Part shown: positions 27,212 through 39,522 of the stretch, piece after piece | Position numbering within the stretch: position 1 is the first letter of the stretch | Layout of the letters: each line of letters begins with the position of its first letter | From: Antedon mediterranea | Taxonomy: Eukaryota; Animalia; Echinodermata | Length of the DNA stretch: 64,000 bases | Reading direction: 5' to 3' | Assembly: GCF_964355755.1 (NCBI RefSeq) | Contig: NC_092671.1 | Location: forward strand, 14,756,001 to 14,820,000 | Notes under the pieces: generated by a model | Told to the model about the DNA's origin: nothing | What the model saw: only the letters and a program-made list of their open reading frames with translations | Databases searched by the model: none | Program-made: the position numbers and the translations under genes

Positions 27212-28792
27212 GAGTGTTGACAAAGTTCGAGATATGCAAGGCACGCCAAATATTTGTGCGAGGCATCATTCTATCATTTCCAAAAGTGCGAGGCATGCGA
27301 TGCATATAGTTTACAATTTCAAAAAGGTGCGAGGCATATCTTAACGTCCTATTATGCTATATTATAGGCCTAATAATCAATTATTTATATTTTTATAATA
27401 GGCCTAGCGTATCTAAATAGATTCGTGTGTACACTCATCATGTTGTTTATTTTTATGTAACGATGTTTTTTTCATTCAAGTCATATCGTCTCAAATTTTA
27501 CTTTTACAAAAGTACCCAAACTGTTCAAAAGTTGTGCATCCATATGCGCCATATTTTTAAAATCTGAACGACAGTCTTCAACTTTCTATAAACAATCATT
27601 GTTATAGCGACACTTATCAAATGACTGCCATGCTTGTTGGCATTTTAACATGTCTCTCAAACATAGCAGAGTGAAAATAATATTTTGTCACACCCCCACG
27701 GCTCGATCCAGTAGACCTGAGAGATGGAAAATCCTTCTTCACTATTTAGCATATAGGTGAACGATTCTGCCCTGAGAGGATTCGGCCTTATGGCGATTTC
27801 CCTCCTATAGCATGTGGTTTCAGCAGCAACGCACAGACTTCTCTCTGAGCGGCGTGCCAAAGACATTTTTGTCATTCCATTCTCTAGGAAATCAACACGT
27901 GTACCTATCTCGCAAATAAAGTGAACAGCGATGGCCAGGATAAGTTTAATAACTGGCAGTGAATAAAAGGTAACTGATATGCCAATCAAATAACATGCCG
28001 CAAAGAAAACAATTCTGGAGCGATAATCGTAATACTAGGCCTAAAATTATACTTTAGCTAATATGCTTAGCCCTAACCTAGAGGCCTATGTAGAAAATAA
28101 TTTAATTTAATTTTGATATAATTGGTGTAATATTAATAATGATACACTATTCCTGTTTTAGTAGGCTAGGTATATTACGAGCGATTTTTTATTTATTGTT
28201 GTCCATGTACGTACTAATAAACCTGGCTCTAGTTTCCTTCGCTTGTATTTTGACTCCAAATTTGATATCTAATTATCATGTGAATACCACACCTTAGAAG
28301 TATGCCTCAGAAAGAATCGCATAAAAAGTAACAAATAAATCCTTAAATTAATGATTTTACAGGCGTGTTTCTCGTTGACTTTTAATTTTGCTCTTTTGGC
28401 GTTCCATAGAAACTAAAATATTGAACATTGAAATTGAATTTCGTGAACAGTATGCAAGAAAAACGTCTGTAAAATCATCAATTTAACGGATATTATTGTT
28501 TTTATGCGATTTTTCTTCATTAAAGTAGGCCTACTAATTCTAAGGTATGGTATTCAGGATAAAGTTGGTTAACAAATTTCAAGTTAAAATACAAGGCAGG
28601 TGCAAAAGGGAACTAGTGGGCCTAGGCTAATTCAATTTCGGTGATTTCCTGCCTCGCAATTTTTGGGAAATGATAAAATGATGCCTCGCATTTTTTGATG
28701 ATGCTAAAACGATGCCTCGCATAAATTTTTGACTTGCCTTGCTTGCCTTCCCTGCCTTGCGTGCCTTGCTGCCTCACACTTTCTTACTACCC
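27212..28792. mobile_element. Non-autonomous Mutator-like (MULE) element (1.58 kb)
   Basis: Exact 9-bp TSD gcctatgag (27203-27211 and 28793-28801); long imperfect TIRs starting with G, with repeated tgcgaggca/tgcctcgca subterminal motifs. Confidence 0.8.
28229..28616. mobile_element. Foldback/MITE nested inside the MULE-like element
   Basis: Imperfect arms of ~140 bp: ctagtttcc...gaatacca.accttagaa...gattttacaggcgt versus acgtctgtaaaatc...ttctaaggtatggtattc...gggaactag. Confidence 0.65.
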
Positions 28793-31099
28793 GCCTATGA
28801 GACCTGTTCAATAAACATGTTTTCGTTTCCATAACCAGTTAAATGGCAGCCTGAAAATAATGTATAAAAGCACCCAATCGATTTGGTGTTACAATGCCAT
28901 TTAGCCGGTTATTGCTGTGCAACTTTTAGCTGCATTGCAAAATAACGGTAAATGCAGTAACATTTGAATTAACTGCCAGTGCCCATTGTATTTTGAGTAC
29001 TGCTAACGATTTCCGTCATTTCCGGCGTTTTTTTGTGAGAAATATTTCTTGTTTTAGTTTATGTTAGCAGAATATAATTGCTATTAAAATCTACAGTTGA
29101 TACTATACTTCATTGAAGATAATATGTTGGGTTACATGGCAGATTGGGATAACATAATTCGGTTATCACACTTGAATTGCTTTGTCACTGTCAGGACCCC
29201 AGTCAAAATGACGCAGTTAAGGTTGGTCCATAGACATAAAGTTGTTGTCTTTGATCATGATCAAACCACTTTGTCATATGTAATCAACATTACAATATTT
29301 CTTTAACAGACGCACATAATTTCATAACATAAAACTCTTTTCCCATCTCTTCTTCCTCTCCTCTTCACAAATGATGTTTATCTATCCTAAACCCTTTCCT
29401 CCTCCTCTTCACAAATGCTGTAAATCTATTCCAAAACCCCAAACATTTTCTCCTCTTTTCCCATCTTTTTATTGCCTCCTTTTTACAAATGATGCTAATA
29501 TATTATATTCTCATATATATTAGCATACATTTTCTCCTATATTTCTCAATTTTCTCATATTTTCTTTGTCTCTGGGCTTTCAGGAAGAATATCAACAGAC
29601 GAATGTCATTTAAAATTCTACTTAACCTGTCACCCAAGTAACCTATATGAAAGTTGATTTGAAGGAAAGAAACTGGAAATAGTAATCATAATATTTAATT
29701 TCCTTATCACATAGTTTTCAGGAGCTGAACTGTTTATATTATTTTTTGTTTTAAACCTGATTTTAGCTGTATGGTTTCGAAATAATTGAAATGAAAATAG
29801 AAGAAATAATTGGTTAAAGAATGTGTCATTTGGCAGCTCTATTAAGAAAATAGGACACTTTGTTGGGTCCCCTTAATAAATAAATGCTTTCAAAGACCTA
29901 CGTTAGCCAATAATTATATTCCTGTCTCATTCCTCTACAATCCTGGACCACCACTATAACTTTGTTTGTGAAATGTTTATTTCCAATGTCCTAAGACATG
30001 AAAACTCCCTTTCTGTTAATATTGTAAAAGGTAAATATTTTTACATATAATTTTAAGTTCAATCAACTTTCCAGGCACTCCACACATTTGGGCTAGCCTA
30101 TTAATTACATCTGGTTTTCTGGAAAAAGTTTATATACAGTATAATGATAAAAAAGAATTTTGGACCTTAGGAAAAGTCTGGTTTTGGGAGAGTTTCTAAT
30201 TTTCAAAGAGTATGGTAGTGGCATACCTTTTTCTATATTATGGAAGATTGTTTTTTTTTTTTTAGTTTAAAAAAAAAAAATCTTATATGTTTCCAGGTCA
30301 GCTCTTACAAAGTTAGGTTTGCACAAAGTATCTAGTCAGTTGTCTTTTTCATGTTCTTAGAACTAGTGTATTCCTTTCTGAGCGCCACCAGCTCTCAATC
30401 ACATTTTGATATTGTTTCCAACTCAACTCGCTCAAATACATATGACACGTCAGGTGTGTCAAAATGTTTATCTTTTTAACAATATTAAGCTAAATCGCTG
30501 TCTAGAATCCACCAAAGAGCATTGATGGTCTAGACTAGTAATACAAAGTATAACTGTTTTTAATTTCGGAATGTAAATAAATTAGGTCATGTTCTAGAAA
30601 GAATTACTAGTTTTCCATTCCAAAATGTTCGACTTCTTAACACCTTCGTGAGCAACATCTTTGCACTTTCAATCGTTTACTAATTATGACAGATTTATTT
30701 TATGAAAGTGTAAGCTTTAAAATGAGACTTCATATTATATTTCATTTGGTAGTTTGAAGTATGTCAAATCTATACCAGGATAAATAAAGAAGCCAGTTAA
30801 AATGAGGTAATTCAGAAGAGAAGGAAGTCGACAATATCTAATAGCATTCATAAACCTGTTACCAAAGTAGGTTTATTCATTTCAATGGTATTTGAGTGTT
30901 AATAATATGTGCTATTAACCATTTAAAAATGTTTACTTAGGCAGTCTCTGGTCTTTGGTTCTTTACATTCATGTGTCAACATTTGAAATGAAGTAATATT
31001 TCAACTTAAATTGAATCAACCCTGTTTAAAAGTTTATTCGGCAGGTTATTGAGTTGAAATTGAACTTTTGAGAATAATATAAAACATTTCTTGTAGCAA

Positions 31100-32040
31100 C
31101 AAGAGCATTTCATACGGGTAAATATTCCCTCCCCCAACCAATCACCCAGATCATTTCATACTGGTACATTCCCCCTCCCCAATCGAATCATTTAATACTT
31201 ACTTGTATATATTCCCCTCTAACCCCTCCCCCCCCCCAACCAATCAACATGATCATATCATACTGGTACATTCTGCCTCCCAATCAAATCATTACATACG
31301 GGTATGTATTTCCCCCTTTGCCAATCAAGCAGAGCATTTCATACGGGTACATATTCCCTTCAACCCCTTCCCCAACCAATCAACCAGATCATTTCATACT
31401 GGTACATTCTGCCTCCCCCCCCCCCCCCCAATCAAATCATTACACACAGGTATATATTTCCCCCTTTGCCAATCAAGCAGAGCATTTCATACGGGTACAT
31501 ATTCCCTCCAAGCCCTCCCGCCAACCATTCAACCAGATCATTTCATACTGGTACATTCTGCCTCCCCCCCCCCCCCCAATCAAATCATTACATACAGGTA
31601 TATATTTCCCCCTTTGCCAATCAAGCAGAGCATTTCATACGGGTACATATTCCCTCCAAGCCCTCCCGCCAACCAATCAACCAGATCATTTCATACTGAT
31701 ACATTATGCCTCACACCTCCCCCCCCCCCCCCCAATCAAATCATTACATACAGGTATATATTTCCCACTTTGCCAATCAAGCAGAGCATTTCATACAGGT
31801 ACATATTCCCTCCAACCCCTCCTGCCAACCATTCAACCAGATCATTTCATACTGGTACATTATGCCCCACCCCCCAATCAAATCATTACATACAGGTATA
31901 TATTTCCCCCTTTGCCAATCAAGCAGAGCATTTCATACGGGTACATATTCCCTCCAATCCCTTCCGCCAACCAATCAACCATATCATTTCATACTGGTAC
32001 ATCCCCCCAATCAAATCATACAGGTTTATATTTCCCCATT
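31100..32040. repeat. Compound minisatellite, ~148-bp unit built from three ~50-bp subrepeats, ~6 units
   Basis: ccaatcaagcagagcatttcatac recurs at 31321, 31469, 31617, 31773 and 31915; poly-C tracts vary in length. Confidence 0.93.
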
Positions 32041-35000
32041 TCCTATTTTGTTACTTGAATAGTTTCTGTGTAAACATTCCACCACCACACTACAGTAATA
32101 TTTCATACAACTTGCCATTTGTTATTAAAGTAAAAAGACAACCATTTTTTTTTCTTGTTGGAAAATACAACCATTTTCGCTTCCATGCAAACCTAAAATG
32201 TTAACAGAAAAGTAATCTTTGACCTGGCCTTGAAAGTATTCGATTTTAATTCAACTTGACAAACTTGTTAATAATTTTGAAATTCTTTTCGTTAATTATA
32301 TTGTTATTGGCCAGTTGTTTTCTATCTGAAGTTTTTATGAAATGCATATGAGTCACAGTTTGCTTGCTTTGTAATAACATGCAGTGATATCCTAGTAAAA
32401 TATACAGCTAGAAATTTGTAAAAAAGCAGGGATCAACTACATTATATAACATTTTATTATTATTAATATTTTCATAAATATTTATTTCTCTATAAATCTT
32501 TGCTGTAAAATCATGTTATACATAAAAAGTTCAAATTACTTTTTAATTGAGTTTCAATTCTATATTTTCTCCAGAGATAAATAGAATGTCACCTGTATTT
32601 CTCTGAAATTCTGCAGTATCTATTTATCTTGATGGAACTTTCAATTCCGGTGCTTTACCATTATAATAAACAATCTTGGTAGAAATGTTCAATTTAATAA
32701 CTTCCTTTTAAAGACTTTTCTTAAGAAAACTTACTTAGTTCATATGTTACATCATTATACTTAAAACCGCAACAAAGATTGAAACCATTAGTTATTAAAT
32801 CATATTATACATATGCTCTATCATTCCTTGCTATAAAATAAATGTAAAATGTAATAGATCATTTAGTATTAAAGAAAAGCAATTGGTTTAAATTTTTAAA
32901 ACCACCAGGAGGGATAACAATATACTGTACAAACAAATGAATATATGATGATCTGTTTTGAAATGCTGCTAATATTGTAAAATCAGTTGAGTTTTGTTGA
33001 AAGATGAAGCAATTTGTTTTTAAAGTATTGACAGTGCAAATGTATAAATCAAGATACTCAGTATATCTATAAGTGAAACTATGTTCATTACTTAGGAAAT
33101 GTTTATCAATTTACTCAAACTTAAGTGGTAAATTAAAAATGGTTGCAACTTGTAGAATGTCTAATCTATCTAATTTGTAAGTGAAACAGGACACAGTGGT
33201 TTACAGTAAAATGCTACTAGAAAACTGCCACCATTTATTTTCTGCTGTTTATTTAATTACTGTATGTATGTCCCACAGTACTGTAACATTGCGTTTCCGG
33301 TTATTATTCAATATTTTATTATGCCTTGGTATCGACATTGAAGCATCTACACATGCTCACTAACCAATTTGCGCGACACTGACAGATTCCAGAACTAAGA
33401 AAGTAAAATGAACCTCTTCTTTAATTCGGTCAGTAGGAACTGTAAAAAAACAGTAATCCCACCTTGTAAAGTGGAAGGTATGTACTGGTGGTACTGCTTC
33501 TTAAGTCCCACCCTATATTATTGACTAAACTTACAGTGAACCTTTCTATGTTTCTTCTTCTTAACTTGCCAGCTGATCCCTAATGTGACCATTGGAATTT
33601 GTGTGTAGTTAGTTGGTGAGATAGGTCAATGAACTACATGCCTTTAGGTAATATTTTCTAACTGCTCATGTTTTAAAGGTCATAGTCATAGACCAAAGGT
33701 CATATAGAAGAAGAAATATGTTTGACCTTTTTAAAGATTATACATTTTAGAATTTCTGATTCATTCAGGAACATCTCATATTTAATTGACTTGGAGATGA
33801 ACAGGAAATTCCTAGAAAAAAAAAAGTTGGGTGGTCGGTCGGTGGTACATGGTAGATGCTGCTTCATTTGGGTAATGTTACCACCTGGTGAAGTTTTTGC
33901 TTCTAGCGTTTGTAACATTGGGAAAGGTGAAGTGTTAGAGTAGACCAATTTGAAATAAATCGACATCCAATGCGTGTTGGCGACGCACTGGTGAATGTTA
34001 CAAATTCTAAGCTTCTAAATGAAGCTGGATTCTAATTGTCTGGAAATTGGGGTGATAGAAGTTCAGGTATTGTCTACTGCCCTAGGCTTTTGTAGTACGT
34101 GCGGACTCCATTTTTATCTTCATCTTTTTTAATCTTTCACTCTCTTCCCAACCTTAGAATTGTGTTCTCCTGTAGTTTATTTTATTACATTTAGTTACTT
34201 TATCATGACAATTTCCCATACTGTTTTCATAACCTTCATTTTCAGTTGATCAGAAGGTAAAGAAGGTTAGAAAATTAAAGGTCGGCTTCCATTTTATTAT
34301 TTTTGTAAAACCAAATACAGGTTTCACTCCAATTAAAAAGCCACAACGAATAATTTAAAATAACTTTGTGGATTTATGTTTATGTTGGCATATAATTGGT
34401 AAAAGTGAATGTACAAATTGAGATATAAATACTTGGTAGATGAATATTCATGACAAACACTATTCTATGCAATAAAAGTAGCAATCAATTTTTTCTTTAA
34501 GCTTTGAGTCTCTATGTTTTACTAGTGGTCATCTAGCCTCTAGGTAAGAATGCCCTCTGAACTTTTGTTACCTTTCTACAGCAGCATGTAGATATTACAG
34601 TACCTAGACCCACATCCTGGTTCATGCTGGCTCGCCAAATAGCTATATCACCTATATTATTTTATGAATGGCCTTGTTTTTATCACCCCCTCTACCCACA
34701 CCAGTATTTTAATACCTGGTCTACAGCAAAGGTCATAATTGACCACAGTTCTCATGAGGCATCCTTGCCTGGCAACATGAACAAGATTCGGATCTACAGA
34801 ATTTTGGAATGTTCCAGCCACAGGTTCGCACCACTGGCATACTTTCTATACCAATAACTTCCACCCATCCTTGACCCCCTCCATATGTAGAACATCTTAA
34901 GGTCATATTTAATTGTTCTTTCACAAGAAAACTTCCACTATAATTTCCTAATTCCCTAGGCACTATGGTATGAAAGTGCGGAACTTCTGTTGGTGTATAA

Positions 35001-35912
35001 AATGATATCTCACCACCTTAATCCTTAATATTTGGCTGCCATATTACTGCTGGCTATTTCATTTTATTACAACTTAATTATTTTTGACTACCATGGGTAA
35101 CTATTACCTCAGACCTACCTGTAAAATAACACCTGTAGTCTGTTCATTTGATGTATAGCAGAGCATTTAACATTTTATTTTTTTCATTTAGCATTTCGTA
35201 AATGTTGGCTGTACACAAGTGCATGAAAAAGAACACAACCACTTCTTGTTACAGTTGCCTCATAAAGAATTTGCGGGATATTGTATGTGTACTTTTATGA
35301 TATTATTAGCTATACACTCTGTCAATTCTTCACATAATGTAGTCCTTTATATAATAAATCACTAAAATTGGAATAAAACTTGAAGAAAACTATTTGTTTG
35401 TGTTTTTAAGGAGGTACCGACAGATGCCATCTGATTGGATAACATGAACCAAGCTACATCCAATTAGTCGGCTCTACACAAGGTCCTCAAGAAGCCTATA
35501 TTTCCACATAATACTGTTCATATTGTATGCTTTTAAAATATCATTTTCATGAATGTTATCAAGTTGGTAAGTGAATCTGGGATGTCTGAGTCGTCATACA
35601 AAAACTCCCACAGCATTTGACATCAACACCGTACACATTGTCTTTAGTCAAATAATCAAAGCGTAAGACAAGATTTAGTTCTGTTTTAGTTTGTTATGTT
35701 TAAATAAGTTTTTTTTTATGACATTCTACAATTACTTGTACAGACTAATATGTAAATTGTGCATAGTGTGTCACGGTTCTTCAGTATATTATCAATATAG
35801 TACCATCTGTTAGTCAGTCCAAACTGATTCCACAGTAGTACATCCCATTGCTCTCCCTTCATTTTCCTTCAGGGCTGTTCGTTTCATTTCATAGGCAGAT
35901 CCAGGTGTCTAA

Positions 35913-36945
35913 GACCCCATTTACACTTCAGCTTTTAGCGAGCTCGAGGCCGGCTCCGAGCCAAAAGTGCACAAGTGTAAACACTCTGGGAACAACCGAG
36001 CCGGCCTCGAGCCGGCTCAATTTTGAGCCTAGTCTAGAGTAGGCTTCGGGCCGGCAATTGCGGGCTTCGGGCCGGCACTTCGTATAGTGTAAACACTCGC
36101 GGTCATAAAATGAACGTTCTGGGTCAACTTATTGCTGATGAATCGGAAATTCTTCATTGAAATTAAATTGGTGAAGATAGTATACGCCTTTTTCACGAAA
36201 CGAAGACATCTTCGATCTATGACAAACAATGCCGTGCAACGAAGCGTAACCAACAGAAATAACATAGCGTTTTCATGGGATTTCAGGACACCATGCGGCG
36301 TCTATGCTTATAAACTGTGGTGTTTTTTCGATGGACTTAAGAAGTGAAAAAAAAAATTTAATTTTTTTTAATCACACAGTTATATAGGCTAATCTTTAAA
36401 GAACATTTTACAGTACAAATTTTGTCCATACGACTGTCCGTTGAGGAGTTACGAATTTTTAAGTAACTTGTCCTCCGAAAATAGGCTGAAAACGCTATGT
36501 TATTTCTGTTAGTTACGCTTCGTTGAACGGCATTGTTTGTGTTTTCATCGATCGAAGATGTCTTCCGTTTCGTAAAAAAGGCGTATTATCTACTACTATT
36601 CTTTAGAAAACGAGACGCAAACATTAGTAGTAAAGCAATAATACAATTGTTTTGATCCATATTAAATACCGTTATTTGATTCTTTTTTGATAAAGTTGAT
36701 AGGCCTAGGCCTAGTGTAGATCGACAACTTTTTAACTTTTTAAGACACACATGAGCGGATATGACGTGAATGTAGCGAAATCGTATCATCGAGCACTCTT
36801 CCGCGAGAGCAAGTGTAAACACAATAGTAGGGGCCCGAGGCCGGCTTTTTGGGTAAGTGTAAACACATTGCAGGCTAAAAAGAAAGCCGGCGTCGGGCCG
36901 ACTTCGGGCCGGCTAAGAAATCGTCGATGAAGTGTAAATGGGGTC
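35913..36945. mobile_element. Non-autonomous PIF/Harbinger element (1.03 kb)
   Basis: TIRs gaccccatttacacttca and tgaagtgtaaatggggtc, TAA TSD, repeated subterminal agtgtaaacac and gggccggc motifs. Confidence 0.87.
36175..36591. mobile_element. MITE/foldback nested in the Harbinger element
   Basis: Inverted arms of ~95 bp: atacgccttttt...aacatagcgttttca versus tgaaaacgctatgtt...aaaaaggcgtat. Confidence 0.75.
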
Positions 36946-38889
36946 TAAGAGAAACCAGTTGCGTTCTTCCCAGTCTGGGTCCCCACTAAATTTTTTCAGT
37001 GCAAAAAGATAAGAAATTATTTTAAGTTTAACGCTTCATATCACAATTTTTAGGCTTAGATCCTTGATCTGCCATTGTATTTATTTTATATAAAGGTAGT
37101 TTATTTGTGATGTATATCAGTTTTTCTGTTATCATTACCTCCTTCAATGTCATTATGTGAAGGTTGCGTTCTCATTTACTTACTGATTGTTTATCTAAAC
37201 AAAAAAATGTAATATTTCCCACAAATTCTTGTAAAATATATATACTCATTTATGATCATGATTTGAGTTAGTGATTTCACTAAATTGAATATGTAGAGAA
37301 TTATATTTATTTTACTATATTATGTTTGTTTTGTGTTTTTATTAGATTTTTTTTTTGGTTATGATCCAGGGAAATTCAAGGCTGACAATTAAGAAAGGAG
37401 GGGGTATTGTGATGATGGTGGCTTGCAAGAATGTTTAGAACATAGCAAATGAAGGTGGGCTTATCTCCAGATTATAGGTGTGAATGGTTGATTATAGTTG
37501 ATTATCCTGGCATAATGAGAGGCACTTCACTTTGATGTTGACATGCCTCCAGGATCCCATAGCTGCAAGGCTAGATCAGACAAATTTCAATCAGGCTTAG
37601 CAACATAACTGTCTGCATACCAAAGTCAAAATATTATGCATATAGGTGCTGAGAGAGTTCATAGCATGTACCAACCTAAATTTCTTGGCAAGGCCAAGTT
37701 TCTTCCAATTAGAATGGCTAGTTGTTTTAAGCTAGATTTTCTATGTCAGCTATAAAGACAAACTCTTGAAGTGATTGAACTTCGTAATTGATACTTTCAG
37801 CCAATCCACTTACAGCATTCCATATCTTCAATCTATCACAGATTTCCTAAAAAAGCAATTGACTATTAATCTCAATTCAGTGCCTACAACGATTTGCATA
37901 GATACTTTTTAGCATAATTACTATATTAAAATGTTATGCCTCTGTGAATGTGTGGAAAAATCTCCAAAAAAAGGTTTATGTAGCTTAAATATGGTGTGGT
38001 TTGTGTCATAATTAATAATAAATTACTAAATATATGTGGTAATATTCCACAGTTTCATGGGGAAACTATTAAGAGAAGTTGTCAACATGGTAAGTGAATT
38101 TATTCGAGGAATTGTTTTTGCATATGATCTTAAAATAACTTTCCCTCTGGTAGGTTCATGTCTCATAAATATTCATGAATTAAATCCGCATGAATATTGT
38201 CAATTACAGGTGGTACAAACTTTAAATGTTACAACTCATGTCAGAGTTCAAAATCTAATAGTCATTAGGTACATATCTGGCCCTAGGGTATTGCTTATAT
38301 ATTTTTTTTGTCTACAGGGTATGAAATGAAACCTATGGGTTTTGTCTACAGGGTCTTATTAATAGAAAATTTACATGGCTTAATATGTCTCACAGTATCT
38401 ATAGTATAATATTAAGAAGTTTACCTCGCCGTAAGCCTCTATGACTCGGGGGCGGTATAGTATGCGGTAAAAGAAATAGTTTTATAGGATTGATTTTGTT
38501 TAGCTTCCGATTGCTTCAGGTTTCTTTATTAGCATAATGTGCATAAAAAGATTTTGTAGGATATTGAAGTTAAATAAAATCCTCTTAAATTGTGAATAAA
38601 ACTGGCAACAATAGAATAGAAATTTATGTTGTTTTATACTTTTATAGAATTACGTCACCCGTAAGGATATAAATCCCAAGTGTTTTGTATAACCAGTGGA
38701 ATGTGTTTGCAATGATTACCAAAGAGGTAATCTAAACATAATTTATATAAATTGGGAGAGGTTATTATAAGTCATTCCTCTTATTTTTTTATAAATTACT
38801 AATAAGCAGATATTTTTTAACAAATAAGTCAAATTTCTAGTGTCATTTACACTATATAAATAATAAGTTAAGTTAGCTGCAACACAATC

Positions 38890-39522
38890 GGGGTCTCAAT
38901 TTGACCCCAAAAACTGAACTCTGCAGTCTGCTGCACTGGGATGATTGCGGTCATCTCGCAGTCAAACTCGCGCGATAGGACCTAGGCCTAAGTCATTTTT
39001 ATTTCTCTAGATAGTGAGTATTTTATTTAACTAAAAAATGTTGACCGATGCCATTACGAGGTTCGTAAAAAATATGTGAAGGAAAGAAGATGAGGGGACT
39101 TGTCGGGAGTCGGAAGAAAGACTCGCGTATAGGCCTACATGTTTTTAAGAATATTGTAAAGCGTGTGAAAAATAGATGAGTTCAACTTGACAATATCAGA
39201 GGGTGCGACGTACCTATACTTTAACCAAGGACCACAATAACGTTTCAGGTAATAATTCCCCCTTCTATGATGAAATGGATGCTATTTCTTGGGGATCGCG
39301 CTATGCGAAAAAAAGTAAACATGACCTCGATCAAATCGCGCTTCCGCCTAACGAACTGCATTGTGGTGTATATAATGACGTCATTCATAACGAACGCACA
39401 TGGACGGAACCGGTTTTATTGGAGTAAAAATTGAGCTGCAACGCGATCTTTATTTATAAACAACAGCCGAAACCGGTTTCCAAAAAACCGTTCTTTTTTT
39501 ATTTTTCAATAGAAACAGGCCC
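38890..39522 (+). mobile_element. Degenerate Harbinger element with a Myb/SANT-like (trihelix) ORF remnant
   Basis: The peptide TYTLTKDHNNVSGNNSPFYDEMDAI resembles the C-terminal end of Myb/SANT-like domains of Harbinger ORF2. Right end gaaacaggccc|tta is TIR-like; left TIR not found, so the left boundary is approximate. Confidence 0.68.

Noticed and set aside
31203-32204. 333-aa and 269-aa proline-rich ORFs as protein-coding genes
   Set aside because: They arise from a stop-poor tandem repeat; poly-C length changes rotate the frames, and there is no splice or domain support.
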